Shown here piece after piece: positions 27,936-42,473 of a DNA stretch of 64,000 nucleotides (within the stretch, counting starts at the first letter, position 1; each line of letters opens with the position of its first letter). A program made the position numbers and the translations under genes. The stretch is from Octopus vulgaris. Lineage: Eukaryota. Under the pieces are notes generated by a model. That model searched no databases. It was not told the origin of the DNA and saw nothing but the letters and a program-made list of their open reading frames with translations. The DNA lies in assembly GCA_951406725.2 (NCBI GenBank), contig OX597832.1, positions 7,812,001-7,876,000 of the forward strand, written 5' to 3'.

Positions 27936-28639
27936 CTAACTCCCTATTTACGAACCTACCTACAGACATACATACATGCACACACATATTCATATGTAAA
28001 CACATAGAATCACTCAGTACAAGGATAAATGTTTCAGTGATAATCTGGATAAAGTAGGATTTTGCGAAAAAGAAATCAACCAATTCATGTGTACCATTTC
28101 TGAATGGAACAGTAAATTTATGCAAGACTTTCTTCAAGTTTAGAATGAGAATTTGATTTTATTATCTACATTTCAACGACGGAGTTTTGTATCTTCGTTA
28201 GGATTCAGCTCCTACATCAAAGAAAGATTTCATAGAATTAAATATGGTTCCAGAGAATTATGCGGTGGTCACAGTAAGCCCCTCTTACGAACTCGGCTAT
28301 CAGTCCAAACTGTTTATATAACCACATTGTTCTAGTGATCTGATGTGCTACATTTTTTTTCATTTCCATTAATTTGTGAATATATAATTGTATTTTATAA
28401 TGCTGACCATACATATTTATATAACCATTTAAGCATAATTTCTTGTATGCAAAAATTAATATTCCGTGAAGAGGGTGGGGAAACAGCCGTAATTCTATGA
28501 TTCTAATTTGGCTAAATAAATAAATGTATTTTCAATTCTCAAACTTCCTTACTTTTGTGTATATGTAAATATATATATACGTACCTATATGAGTGTGTGT
28601 GTGTTTATCTATTTACACGCAAACACACGCAGAAACATG

Positions 28640-28670
<31 letters not shown>

Positions 28671-29481
28671 TGATATACTACACGTTTCTAGACGTATTTC
28701 GGATTATTCAAGTTTAACTTTGCGACAGATAAAGAAAAATCGATTTGAGATCTTACAAATATAAACAAAATGTTAGATTAGCAATTTGATGAAGTAGCCA
28801 AGGTTTTGACATCACTACTGGAAATACACCAAATCACTTCCAGTAGATATCAGTTCAAGACAAATCTAAGGCACATATAGTGTTTCTCTGTTAACAATAC
28901 TCACACAGACATCAACATAGAATCTCGTGCTCATCCGCACACACGAATCCCCACAAGCACGCACACATACATAGACAGAAACGCATCGCACTGACATGCA
29001 CGCATTACATGAACTTATTCTATTTGTTACAAAGAGATTTGCTCCTGCTATATTTGACACCGGTTGTGGAAGTTACAGTTTTTGAAACAGAACGTTCCCA
29101 TGCGAAATTTCCTGCTTTAAAACATTCATAAAGCATATTCTCATTATGGGTTGTTGACAAATTTGACAACTTTCTGTAGTCTTTCACCGTATGAACTTAC
29201 TGCTTCAACCTTGCTCAACCTGGGGCCCAGTGAGAGACAATTGCCTGTGGCGCAACGCACTGAAATTGAACTTGAAGCCAGATGGTTGAGGTGTGACAGT
29301 CTTAACAACAGTCACACCCATTCTGTATTGTAGAATCTTTTAGCCCAATTTATAATTTATATGGACGATTGTTAATCAATTTCGTGAAAATACGCAGCTA
29401 TGATTGAAAAGAGATCCATACTTGGATATGCGTACGTATGCGTGTGTGTGTGTATATATATATATAAATATATATATATGC

Positions 29482-29543
<62 letters not shown>

Positions 29544-30009
29544 GTATATATACATATATATACATACACACGCATATATACATACACACACACACATATA
29601 TATTATTTTACGTAAGTCGAACAAATCAACATTAGGACTTATTTTTTTAAGCCTAGTACTTATCCTATCGGGTCTCTTTTGCTGAACCTCTATGTTACGG
29701 GGACGTAAACACAACAACACTGGTTGTGAAGCTGTGATAGCGGGACAAACACAGACACCCAAAACACATACACATAGACACACATACACACATGCATATA
29801 GTTTCGAATATACAAGGTGTATATTTGATATAGAGCACTCATCCCGAATACTGGGCTATCGGCACTGTCGGGATGGAAGCCAGTGCTGGAATGCTTCTGG
29901 AGTAGGAAAACCAAGTTTCACGATGATAATGCCGTCATATGGTTAGGCGAAGAGTAAATAATCCAATGGAAAGTAGACAAAGAAAATTCTTTAACAGATC
30001 TTTCATTAT

Positions 30010-30128
30010 AAGTTACAAATGTTTCCGTACCATCTCCATTTGCAACGCCAGTTTACGCAAAAAATTCTAAAAGAAAGTTCACGTAATATTTGTGGTTTTA
30101 GACTTTAAAGAGGCACTTCCTCAGACTT
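30010..30128 (-). ncRNA. Type I minimal hammerhead ribozyme with long loop 2
   Basis: Minus strand: aagt-CTGAGGA-aGTGCC...GGTACg-GAAA-CATTTG-TA-actt. Confidence 0.6.
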
Positions 30129-30414
30129 GCATCTGAGGTGTGCTATTATATTCTGCGTCTATCTGACGTTGTTCTGAAGAAAATATCGGGTCGAAATAGA
30201 AAAGAAAAAAATTAAAAGTGTGTATGCACGATGAGTATGTGGAGGACGGAGGAATCAAAATGGTAGATACGTATAATGATAGAAGTGAGAAAAGGAAGGA
30301 GGGTGGAAGAAAGCGATCAGATGAAGACGTAAGTGAAAGAGAGGGAAGAAAAAAGGAGAGGAAGAAGAAGAATCAGAAGGCGAAAAGAAGGAAGGAAGGA
30401 AAGAAGGAAGGAAG

Positions 30415-30650
30415 AAGATGATGATGAAGAAGAAGAAGAAGAAGAAGTAGAAGAAGAAGAAGAAGAAGAAGAGGAGAAGAAGAAGAAGAAGTAGAAGAAG
30501 AAGAAGAAGAAGAAGAGGAGAAGAAGAAGAAGAGGAGGTAGAAGAAGTAGAAGAAGAAGAAGAAGAAGAAGAGGAGAAGAAGAAGAGGTAGAAGAAGTAG
30601 AAGAAGAAGAAGAAGAAGAAGAAGAAGAAGAAGAAGAAAAGGAAGAAGTA
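30415..30650. repeat. (AAG)n triplet repeat
   Basis: Direct inspection. Confidence 0.95.
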
Positions 30651-31380
30651 GATATAGCTGGTAGTGCTACATATCGTAAAACGGTGTATCTCGTATACAG
30701 GTGGTGGGTCAACCAGTACATTGTTACCGAAATTCGTCCGATGGAAAAAGTTAGACAATTGTCCAGAGTCAAATGATGAGGATGTTAATGATATATGTTG
30801 TATGGAAACCCAATTTATGACCCTAGTGTGTTTCGGCACTGGGAAAGAGGTACAAATAGGAACAGAAAAAAAAAACGAAGAGACAGAAAAGAAGGGCAGG
30901 CCCTAAAGGAGAACAATAGAGTCCTAAAAACTCACGCAGAAAATAATTAGAGATTAATTTAATTAAATAGTGGTCAGGAGGAAATTTAAACTATATATGT
31001 TATACAAGTATGGCCAAAATTAAAAAAAAAATTAATATTAAAAAATTGATAAAAATAAAAATAAAATGAGATGTATAGGCGGAGTGATATGTAGTTATTG
31101 GTGTGTATGGAGGTATTGATATACCTCTAAGATCATGTGGTATGTGTGAGTGTGTATGGATTTATATATGTATGCATGTATACACACATATATACACATA
31201 CATGCGTGTGGGTCTGTGTAAGTGAGTGTGTGTATGGGTCTGCAGGAATATATGTACGTATGTGTGTATCTATGTGTACATATACTTGTGTATGTATGTG
31301 TATGTATTATATGTGTGCATATATATGCTTATGTATACCTATGCATTAATAACTATATATCACTCCGCCAATTGTCTAGT

Positions 31381-31505
31381 CTTTTTCTTTCTTTCTTTCT
31401 TTCTTTCTTCTTTTTCTTCTTTTTCTTCTTTTTCTTCTTCTTCTTCTTCTTCTTCTTCTTCTTCCTTCTTCTTCTTCTTCTTCTTCTTCTTCTTCTTCTT
31501 CTTCC
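31381..31505. repeat. (CTT)n triplet repeat
   Basis: Direct inspection. Confidence 0.95.
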
Positions 31506-32016
31506 TCTTTTCACTGTACACACCCACACCCACACACCCACACCCACACACATATGTATATATACGACAGGCTTCTTTCAGTTTCCGTCTACCAAATCCG
31601 CTCACAAGGTAAAAGACACTTGCCCAAGGTGCCACGCAGTGGAACTGAACTCGGAAACGTGAATGGGAAGCAATCTCATTACCACACAGCTCCACCTGCA
31701 TGTACATACAAATACACATATATTTTAGTACATATGCACTTGCTTAGACAGCAACTATCTGCATGGGAATACATACATAAACCGTAACATACAAATCTGT
31801 ACATGCTCTGACTCCAAATACTGCCCACATACAACCATACATACAGTTGTATCTTACTGATGTTCGTGATATTCCATCGAAGGAACACTGTTGGATCTAG
31901 GTTAGAAACCGGCTCTTTTTCTCTATTGGCTTGAAATCTTGAAATAAAATTGAATAATGACTGACGGACATACATACACACATCCATATATATACACACA
32001 TGCACAGACACACAGA

Positions 32017-32054
<38 letters not shown>

Positions 32055-32110
32055 TACATACATACATACATACATACATACATACATACATACATACATA
32101 CATACATACA

Positions 32111-32146
<36 letters not shown>

Positions 32147-32254
32147 TATATACACACACACACAGGTATATACACAAATGAATTTCTTTTTATCTAATGC
32201 AAAATGATCTGAAACGTACGTATTAAATGCATTCAAAATTCTTGATTTGATTTC

Positions 32255-32298
<44 letters not shown>

Positions 32299-32308
32299 TA
32301 CATAAGTA

Positions 32309-32345
<37 letters not shown>

Positions 32346-34464
32346 ACACATATATATATATGTATGTATATACATACGCACATCTATCTACGCAGACGCA
32401 TACTCATACTAGCAAACAATAGCATCGTGACCTGCTCACGATTTCAATTTAAATTATCACCGTAAAAATATTGAAATTGTAATGAACTGAATTTTTTATT
32501 ATTTTTTTTTAGTTTTGTGGGATTATCATAAAGGAATCGAAATAGTATTTTCAAAAGCTTGGGAAAAAATACTCGTAACTGAAATAGAAATATAACTCCA
32601 ATTTCTTCAATAATAAAATCATTATTACTGCATAATCATTTCTTGCAATTTTTTGTTATCAGTGAAGCATTATCTTTTGTACTATGAAATTCGCTTTCAA
32701 TCAAGTAATTAATTTTGTTTCGAACTCGAATGATATCAAATCCAATTTTTAAACATACTAAGCGGAGAATAACACATCTTATTCACGTCGTGGGTTCGTA
32801 GTAAACGCCAGCACTGGCAAAACAGCATCAAATTTACCAGCAGTGTGTATTCTATGGTACTGGACTGCTACAAGAAAATATAACCTGTAAGCCTATTCTT
32901 GAGTTCCAGCAGTCAAAAGCACAAACCTGGAGAACGAAGGACACCATGTGGTTGTTCGATCTCATTTAACTAGCAGAGAACTCACTCAAATTGCACTATT
33001 TCGTCTTGAAACAGACTTTCATTGTTAAATGATACACTGACTTTGAAAAACAAAGTCACGCCTATGTATGAAACCTGTCCTGGGTCTAACTGCAAAAGTG
33101 ATTTCTCCACAGGCTCTGGAGTTTTGCATCAGACACAAATATCATACATAGAATTTGACAGATATTTATTTCTTATTTGTTTCCACCTCTATATTTCACT
33201 ATCTTAATTCGAATCAATGACGAAACATTTTCAATAGCTCTGGGCTTGCTAGAAATAGCAGTTGAATTCTCTGAAGTACCTCCTTGAATGTTTTATAAAA
33301 GACCTTATTAGATAATTCAGTCGGGAGTGTATAAAGCCTGTAAAAATACAGCTTGCACGCTTTTGCTCATTTCGTTTTGTCGTGGGTGGTTAGAAATTAC
33401 AAAAAACGCAATGACTAGTAAGGAATTTCGTTCCGTAGCTTTGTGATCTCGGGTTCAATGTCTTTGCATAGTACTCTGGGCTAATTGTAATAAAGCTTTG
33501 ATTTGAACAATGTAGCTGAGAGTGAAATTTTGTCGACAAAACATGTGCGGAACCCAATTACTCGGGTTAAAGATTTTGTTCGTTTCTAGATTACACCACC
33601 ACCTGTGGAACCCACTGAATTTCAAACATTCGGGTGTGCTCTCTAGTCTAACAAGGATTCGCTCTACTTACTTCAAGCCAGTGAGAGAGGCCTTGACATT
33701 ATTCCTTCTCATATGAAGATGCTATGAAAAAAAAAAACCGAAAAACTTCATAAAACTTAATTAATTTGTTCTCCATATAATATTTGGCCAGACATTGTTA
33801 AATAATGTAAAAGATGTCTGGAACTCCTTAGCTTTGTAATAGTGGTCCCCCCCACTCAGAAATATCTCTATTTTATTCAAATTGAAATGTTATTTTCATT
33901 TTTACGCTATCTGTTTGATTCTACCTCAAGCATTATCGTGCCATGCATATTTGCACTGCTGAAACCCAATGATAATACATTTTAGATCCATTACTGATAA
34001 TTAAAATCCGGCAGCATATAATTAATCTAGAATGCCAATATGATATGAATTGAGAGAATTGCAAATTATGGCTATTAGCGACACGTGCGCACACACGGGC
34101 ACACACACACAAACACACAAGCACACAAATAAACACGAAGGCACACACATACATACATATACACATACTGTTTCTTCTTCATTCTCCCGTGCGAAACCTA
34201 AATGAAGTAGTGGCATACTTGAACACTAGAGGTCATTACATTAACATTGATTTCTTGCATGAAAGTATCTACATTTCACAGAAAAGCACTCACACTACTA
34301 ATAAAATATTTTTACCAAAAGAAATCTTTCGGATTTTTCCAAACTCCACCGACCAAATTCTTTAACATTAATGGATATTAACATATTTATTTTGTGAGCT
34401 ACTAATTCTGAATTTATGTTCTGTGAAAAAAAAAACGGATATTAATCAAGGACTAATAATGGAT

Positions 34465-34665
34465 TCAAATTGTAGCACAAGACCAGCAGTTTCGGGATAT
34501 GGGGTAAGTATATTACATCGAACTGGTACTTACGTTATCGACTCCGAAAGGGGGTGAATGTCAAACTTGCCCTCGGCAGGTTTTGAATTCAGAACGTAAA
34601 GACGGACAAAATGCTGCTAAACAATTTGCACGGCATGCGAACGATTCTGTCATTTCGCAACCTTA
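34465..34665 (-). mobile_element. SINE-B old copy
   Basis: Homologous core cctcggcaggttttgaattcagaacgtaaagacggac. Confidence 0.75.
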
Positions 34666-34704
34666 CCTAGGATAACAATATTTAAACAATTTTAATTGTA
34701 ACTA

Positions 34705-34755
<51 letters not shown>

Positions 34756-34889
34756 ACTCTATATATGTTTCTGGTTTTGTTATTCATCAACAGCTTTTAA
34801 GCACTTATTAGCTTGGTAAACATACTGTGCATTTGGTTAATAAATAGAATTTCAGAGCAACGATACCAAGTAATTTTAAGTTACCTACT

Positions 34890-35110
34890 TTTGTTCACGT
34901 TTACACTTGGTCATTCATAACCGAGGAGATCTGTTATCAGAATGATTCTATCCGTAACCAACACACAGCGCTTTAGGAATATCTAAGAACATATATATTG
35001 TGTCACTTTTTTCATTTATATCACACGAAACAGTAATTTGAGTGAAGCTTAGCTGCTTCTTCAAGCGGGTCAAACTACGAAATAGAGTTCCACTCCCCCC
35101 ACTGGTCGGC
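34890..35110 (-). mobile_element. LINE RT fragment (CR1/L2/Jockey type)
   Basis: FRSLTRLKKQL...SDTIYMFLDIPKALCV resembles GFR..RS...QL...D.IYLDF.KAFD.V. Confidence 0.5.
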
Positions 35111-35508
35111 CCATAAATACTGGAGAATGTATTGCAGTTTATATTCACACACAACTATGTTAGTTTTCACGAACCGGTTTTGCATTTTCAACGATTTCAT
35201 TTGAATAAATTTTAAGCTATATTCTATTTAGAGTTAGTACACATGGTATTTTTGAGGTAGCATAATCCTATTTTGAGGTTATTTATATGAAATTAGAGAA
35301 AGAATGCTTCACAACTCCATTATTGGAACGATGGTCAGCAATACTTTGCGATATCAAGTCTAGTCATTAGCATTCTGACAGAAAAAAACTTTAAGATGGC
35401 AGGGGCTCCAAGGTGACACTTGACTTTCCGACGGACAACACATTGACTTGCAGACGGTGCAAATTGCGCCCATGGCAAACCACTAGTTTTACACACACAC
35501 ACATAAAC

Positions 35509-35569
<61 letters not shown>

Positions 35570-35572
<3 letters not shown>

Positions 35573-35896
35573 ATATATAAACGGCAGTTTGTCTGTGCGT
35601 GTTTCTGTGTGTCTGTTTTCTCGTACCTCACCCTGACCACGGCTACGATTCTGATGAAACTTGACACACACATAGCCCAATGTCATAATTCAAAACTAAC
35701 GAGCGAAAATTTTGAAGTCCCAGTTCTGAAAAAATCGATAAATTCGACATGGGGTCGAGAATAAAAAAAAAAAACCGCAGACTGTCTAGGGGACGCAACT
35801 CACCTTTTTACTCTCAAAAAAAATTTAATAATTTTTTTCATTTTTTGTATTTTTTGGCTATAACTCTAAAATGCTTTATAGTTATTTCTACAAACT
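35570..35896 (+). mobile_element. Non-autonomous Helitron-like element lacking the 3' terminus
   Basis: 5' TC start in (TA)n. The first ~190 bp match 43101; the last ~60 bp match the subterminal region of the 54108 element. Confidence 0.65.
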
Positions 35897-36339
35897 GACA
35901 CGCACACTTTTTGAGCAGTAGATTATAGTCTTTTTAGAACTGTATATATATACATAGTATTTTTAGAAGGAAAAATCGATTTAACTGGCACCAGTTCTCT
36001 TTATTTTTCAACTAATTATATTATTAAGTCTGTTATTCTAAGTTGGAATGTAGAATTGTAAACCCCAAGAGTGTTTCAATTCAGAACTCATGTGTGAGTA
36101 AAACTATTTCCTAAAATTTGTTTTCTGTTTTCCTTTAACTCTATGTTTTTGCTATCTTTCATAAGCAACAAAGTAACCCCAACTCAGATGTTCGATGTAG
36201 TGGAAAAAAGAACCACAAATCTCTATCAAAATACCATCTACCCACCATGAAAATAGGAAAGCTATACTGCGTCTGGTTAACAAGCGTAACGCAATATCTT
36301 TGAACAAAAGTGTGTTCGATGATGTGCAACATTGGTTTA

Positions 36340-36828
36340 AGCACACGTAAAATACTAGCATGTCTGTGGTGATGTACTGCAAGTAACAATATCTACATAT
36401 TTATATTGCCATAGGCTACTATAAAAAAAGGAAGAACGTCGACTGACTACGTCGTTAAGGGCCATGAAGAGATGTATTTTAGGAATATCGTTTACGATCA
36501 TGTTCCAAACGAAATAATTCGTGAACAGAGCGGTGTGGATAATTTGATCGGAGAATACCGAAAGTACGGATTCATTGGGCCGAACATGCTGCAAGGCTGA
36601 ACAGCAAGTGGATCCGTGAAGATGCCAAGTGGTACCAAGGGGTCTGGATAGGCCATTTGAAAAGCCTCTGCGAAGATGGGAAGACGATTTAGTTAAACGA
36701 TTCGAGCCAAGATGGAAAAGGATGAGGCAATCAATAAAGAGTTGTAAGTGCATTCTCACTAGCGTTTTATACCAACGTCTGAGAGTGTGGTCGATGTATG
36801 GATACGGTGATACTGATATATATTGATA
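36340..36828 (+). mobile_element. RTE-clade LINE 3' fragment
   Basis: RRLTTSLRAMKRCILGIS; DHVPNEIIREQSGV; HWAEHAARL; RPFEKPLRRWEDDL. Confidence 0.75.
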
Positions 36829-37010
<182 letters not shown>

Positions 37011-37429
37011 AATATAACTACGAAAGAAACATCAACACATGTACATGGGCGGTGTTCAATTGAAAAAGTAAACGTAAAACGAACCCATAACAAAATAACC
37101 AAAAGAAAAAGAATGGTGTACTGATAACCATTATTACTACGATTTATGATTGCACACACTACTATGCAACACTCCTCCAAAAATATACGGGGATAAACTC
37201 ATACTGTAAATACCCAACAAAATGATCAAAGCCCGCAACATGTGCCATAGAAGGCTGATACCAGACAGAAGAACACAACCTGTGCTGCACAAACAACACA
37301 CAATATAAAAACTAATACAACAGAAGATTCAAACCGAACCCCGTAACAAAACATACTGATACAATACAATATCCCCCACAAAAATTCAGAACACACCACC
37401 CCACCAGCACAGGGGTGCAACAAATGATG

Positions 37430-40400
37430 CAGCAGAAAATTGCTTGAAACTATCAGAGGTCAAAAAGTAATAGTGTTGATGACGTTGGTGACGAACGTCA
37501 TCTTACCTCAGTTTATGAGAGACAAGAGTTTCCGAAGTAACAGTGTAAGGAGGAGGAACTGGAGCAGCGAAGAAAATAGGATAGTGATGTAGTGCTACTT
37601 AGAAAGTGAACCTAAAATAAGGGGCTATATAAAACAGTTGTAACACTTTGGGTAGAGAAGGGAATGTTTAAAGTGACTGTGCAGAGGTTAGTAGGTCAAG
37701 CTAATGCTATTAGGAGAAGAACGTTTATGACAGAATTGGAAGTAGAAGAGATCACGAGAGAACTGGAAAAGAAAGAACAGGCAATAGGATATAATCTTTC
37801 TCTTTCTCTTTTACTTGTTCCAGTCATTTGACTGCGGCCATGATGGAGCACCGCCTTTAGTCGGGCAACTCGACCCCGGGACTTATTCTTTTTGTAAGCC
37901 CAGTACTTATTCTATCGGTCTCTTTTTGCCGAACCGCAAAGTGACGGGGACGTAAACACACCAGCATCGGTTGTCAAGCAATGCTAGGGGAACAAACACA
38001 GACACACAAACACACACACATACATATATATATATATACATATATACGACAGGGCTTCTTTCAGTTTCCGTCTACCAAATCCACTCACAAGGCATTGGTC
38101 GGCCCGAGACTATAGCAGAAGACACTTGCCCAAGATGCCACGCAGTGGGACTGAACCTGGAACCATGTGGTTGGTTAGCAAGTTACTTACTACACAGCCA
38201 CTCCTGCGCCTACAGCTCAAACCAAAGAAGAATCTAAAGTAAAAACTAATAATAGCGCTACCAATAATGAACAGACAACTGGCTCCAGCGACTTAAGTGA
38301 TTTAAGTGCGGAAGACCAGAAGATTTTATATGAGTTGCAGGAAGTAATGAATAACATAAGAAAAGGATTGCCAGCATTAAAAAGTACTAGCAGAAGGAAG
38401 CTGCTAACTAGGAAAGTAGATTATGTTATCAGTAGGATAGATACTAAAACTATAGGAGACACTAACGTGTTGATCTATGCAGGAGGGGCAGTAGTCACTA
38501 GAAGATTAAATATCTCACATGGAAGGATTAAAAAAAGCAAATGTAGATAAGGACACTACAAAAGCCCGGAAACATAACAAGTTAGGAAATATAAGATGCA
38601 TATCTTCCCTTGAGAAAAAGATACTTTGTCAAAGAGAAAGGATTTGGGAGAGTAATAACAGAGTTGAAACAGTGTATCATAGCAGTAGCAGGTGAGCTTT
38701 CCAAATATCAGAAAAGAGTAGATCAGTATCAACAGAATAGTTTATTTGAGACACACGAGAGGAGGTTTTAGAACTAAATAAATAGTGGAGAACGAAGTAC
38801 TAAAAATGAGAAACTTAATGCAGAAGAAGCTTGAAATTTCTGGAGTAATATTTGGGATAAACCAGTCAATAATAATGGAGATGCAGTATGGTTAAGGAAA
38901 GTGAGGAAGAAATAGTGAGTGATCAGCATTCAGGTTGGTTCTGGCTAAAGAAATTTAGTAGTTAACACGGGAGGCCATGGAGAACGACTTCAGAATTTCC
39001 TTAATGGACGAATAGCGGGAGGACAACACTCAGTATAAAAGATAAGAGCAAAGGTGATACAGCTAACAACAATAGACAAACCACTTGCTTACTATTATCG
39101 TGGAAGCAGTTAACAGGAATGCTTTTAGAAAACATTTATGAGAACCTTGATAACCAGAATTTACTGCCAGAAGAAAAAAGTTGCAGGAAGAAGGCTAGAG
39201 GACTGAATGCTGCATTATACATAGACAGAACAATTCTAAATGAAGTAAAAGCTGGAAAGAAAAATCTAACAATAGCATGGATATATTGAAAGCCTATGAT
39301 ATAATCCCACACTCATGGATAAGTGAATGTTTGAGTATCTTCAGTATAGCAGAGAACATAAGAGAATTAATTAGCTTTAGGATGAAGAAATGGAAAGATC
39401 TCTACTCAGGTGACACACACTTAGGGAATGTTAATATCAAGAGACGATGTTTCCAAGGAGACATGTTATCCCATTTAATATTTGTCTTATGTTTCATCCA
39501 CCTCAGTTTAGTAATAAGGAAGGAAAGGCAGGTATATCAGTTTAGAAATAGCAAGGGAAAAAATTACCATTTTCTCTACATGGTTGATCTGAAGCTTTTT
39601 AGAAAGAATGAAAAAAGAGATAGATTCATTAATAAGATGCTTCAACAAAGGTATAGGCATGGAATTTGGCATAGATATATGTGCAATATTAGTCATGTAA
39701 AGGAGATAGGTAAACAGAGTCGATAGTGAAGAGGACGACTCATAATCAATAGTGAAGGAATCCAATAAACAGACGACCAGACATTAAAATCATTAAAAGA
39801 AGGAGAGAATTTTAAGTTTCTTGCAATATTAAAATCTGAAAGAATGCTAACTATAGAAATAAAAACGAAAATTGAGAAGGATTACATAAGAAGGGTGAGA
39901 AAGCTAAAGAAGTGAAAGCTGAATGGTCCGTATTTAGTGAAGGCGGTAAATATTTGGACAGTATCATTACTTAGATACTCATAAGCTTTTGTAGATTGAA
40001 CAAAAACCGAATTCGCAAAGCCAGACAGAAGAACTAAAAAGGAATTCAATATGAATGGAGGACGCTACCCAAGGGCAGGTGTAGCAAGATTATACCTACC
40101 TAGAAAGGAAGGTGGAAGAGGGCTAACATCAGTAGAAGACTGCATGGAGTTAGCTAGAGAAGATATAGACTAGTATGTAGCATTAGTGAAGAAAGTTTAT
40201 TAAGAGCTGCTAGGGAAACAAAAAAACAAAGCAAACAAAAACAAACCAATTTAAAAACCAGAAAAAAGAACAAAGGTTACCTGACTGGCAGGAAAAGGGT
40301 TTCTATGGTAGATTTCCAAAGATAGTTGCAGCAAATAGGTGTAGTGAGACATGGTTATAGTTGCAGAAAGGAAGGTTGAAAAGGGAGACAGAATGTTTGT

Positions 40401-40737
40401 TAGTAGCTGCACAAGATCAAGCATTAAGGACTAATTGCATAAAAGCCAAGGTAAACAAAAACTAAGTAGATTCCCAATGTAGGTTATGCAAATCAAAAGA
40501 GGAAAGTGTTACTTAAATAGTAAGTGAAAGAAGCATGCTGGCACAGAAAGAATAGAAGAGAAGACATGGCAACCTAGGGAGAGTAATCCACTGGAAGTTA
40601 TGTAAAAAGCTAGGATTTGACCATCCTAATAAATGATGTGAACATGAACCTAGTATATTATTAGAAAGGAAGAAATATAAAATGCTGTGAGACTGTAACA
40701 TTCAGACTGACAGAGAATATAATCTAGAATGCTGATT

Positions 40738-40772
<35 letters not shown>

Positions 40773-41066
40773 TATAATTGAATTCACAGTCTCAGATGAT
40801 GAAAAAAATCAATATGAGAGATATAGAAAAAATAGCAATGTACCACGACCAAGCCATTGAATTACAGAGACTACGAAAATGCGTGTAAAATGTATCGCAG
40901 TAGTTATAGGTGCATTAGGAACAACCCCTAAAGATTTGAACAGATGGATAGAGAAAATAGACGTAAAACACAGCTTAGTACAGCTCCAGAAAACAATGTT
41001 GTTAGGAATAGCTAGGGTAATTAGAGGTTTCTTTTCCAACAGTCTAATCTATTGTGTGTATATGCA
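37430..41066 (+). mobile_element. Near full-length decayed R4/Dong-clade LINE (RT, CCHC, restriction-like endonuclease)
   Basis: RRNWSSEENRIVM.CYLESEPKIRGY; KAYDIIPHSWI; FQGDMLS; HFLYMVDLKLF; RLYLPRKEGGRGL; ETECLLVAAQDQALRTN; CRLC; IHWKLC; VVIGALGTTPK; LQKTMLLGIARVIR. The 3' end abuts (TAA)n. Confidence 0.9.
37795..38210 (-). mobile_element. SINE-A full-length copy inserted in the R4/Dong LINE
   Basis: Reverse complement of the 54738 copy. Confidence 0.9.
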
Positions 41067-42001
41067 TAATAATAATAATATATAATATTAACTTCACGAT
41101 ACGAATATATTTATAACAGCATGCTAAATGTCACAAAGTGTTGTCCCTGTAGATATATGAAATATGACGTTAATAATGTGTTTATACTGATATACTATGT
41201 CTCATATAAACAATATATTTATATTTTTATAATAAATATCATTGTATAACTTGCCGGATTCTCTCATCCCTTTTTCTACAAGTAGAATGAAGTCCGTGGT
41301 TCACTGAAAAGGGCTTATACGACAGGTACATACTAGTAGGTGTCTCCTTCATTTACTGAAATTATTAAAATAATATTACTTATTGAGCTAATTATGTGTT
41401 TACCTGGAAGTATAATTACTTCTAATGATGGCTGTTAATTTTTACACCTGCTATAATTTAAATTTCAAATACGCTTCGAGATTCATCAACAGTTTTATCA
41501 CAAAATATTTAGGAATTCAGATAATCCCATGGAAATTAAACTTGATGCACCAACCTCATCATTTGATCTCATTCGAAATTGAAATATTTCCTCCATGAAT
41601 ATCCAAGGAATGAACTCTAATTACAAATCAGCTATATTTTAATTATGTAGTATTCTAAATTTGGTAAAAAGATATGTGAGTATATGCGGGTATTGCGTAG
41701 TATGTGTGCTTGTGTCCGTGTGTCTGTGTGAGGAGAATAACATTCAGAATACATTTAACAGAGCTTATTTGTGCTTTCCTATCTGAGGATTCGTTCCAGC
41801 GCTTCTCTAAGCTACTAAGGTGTGCACTTGGTCAGGCAACTGAATATGGGGATATCTGTCTATGTATGTATGTATGTATGTATGTATGTATCTATCTATC
41901 TATCTACCTCACTCTCTCTCTTAGATATATGTATATATATATATATAAACACACACATCTTGTGCATTCATGTGCTTACTCGTGTATAGATATATATGTG
42001 C

Positions 42002-42077
<76 letters not shown>

Positions 42078-42090
42078 GCATATACTTATA

Positions 42091-42470
42091 CGTGCAGGTG
42101 AGGCTGTGTGGTAAGATGCTTGCTTCCCAATCACATGATACCGGGTTGAGTCCCACTGCGTGGTACATGGTGTAGGTGTCTTCTACTATAGCCTCAGGCC
42201 GACCAAAACCTTAATAGTGGATTTGGTAAAGGAGAAATGAAAGGAACTTGTATATGCTCATATGTGCGTGTGTGTGTATGTGCCTTTATATCTTTGTTTG
42301 TCCCCCACCATCGCTTGACAGCCGGTGCTGGTGCGTTTAGTCTCCGTAATCGAGTGGCTTGGTAAAAGACACCAATAAAATAAATACCAGGCTTTAGAAA
42401 GATAAGTACTCGGTCGATACATTCGTCTAAAATTCAGTCTAATGACTGAAACAGATAAAAGAGAAAAGAA
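42091..42470 (+). mobile_element. SINE-A diverged copy
   Basis: ggctgtgtggtaag...gggttgagtcccactgcg head and aatgactgaaacag tail. Confidence 0.8.
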
Positions 42471-42473
42471 AAT

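Noticed and set aside
28010-28335. Non-repetitive stretch with a near-open frame (possible host exon)
   Set aside because: It has an in-frame stop, no recognisable domain and no convincing splice pair. RNA-seq would be needed.
30664-30906. 80-aa ORF with a possible acceptor tatacag
   Set aside because: No recognisable homology, and it lies next to simple repeats.
32780-32895. Possible small exon ending at acct/gtaagc
   Set aside because: Weak acceptor and no protein motif.
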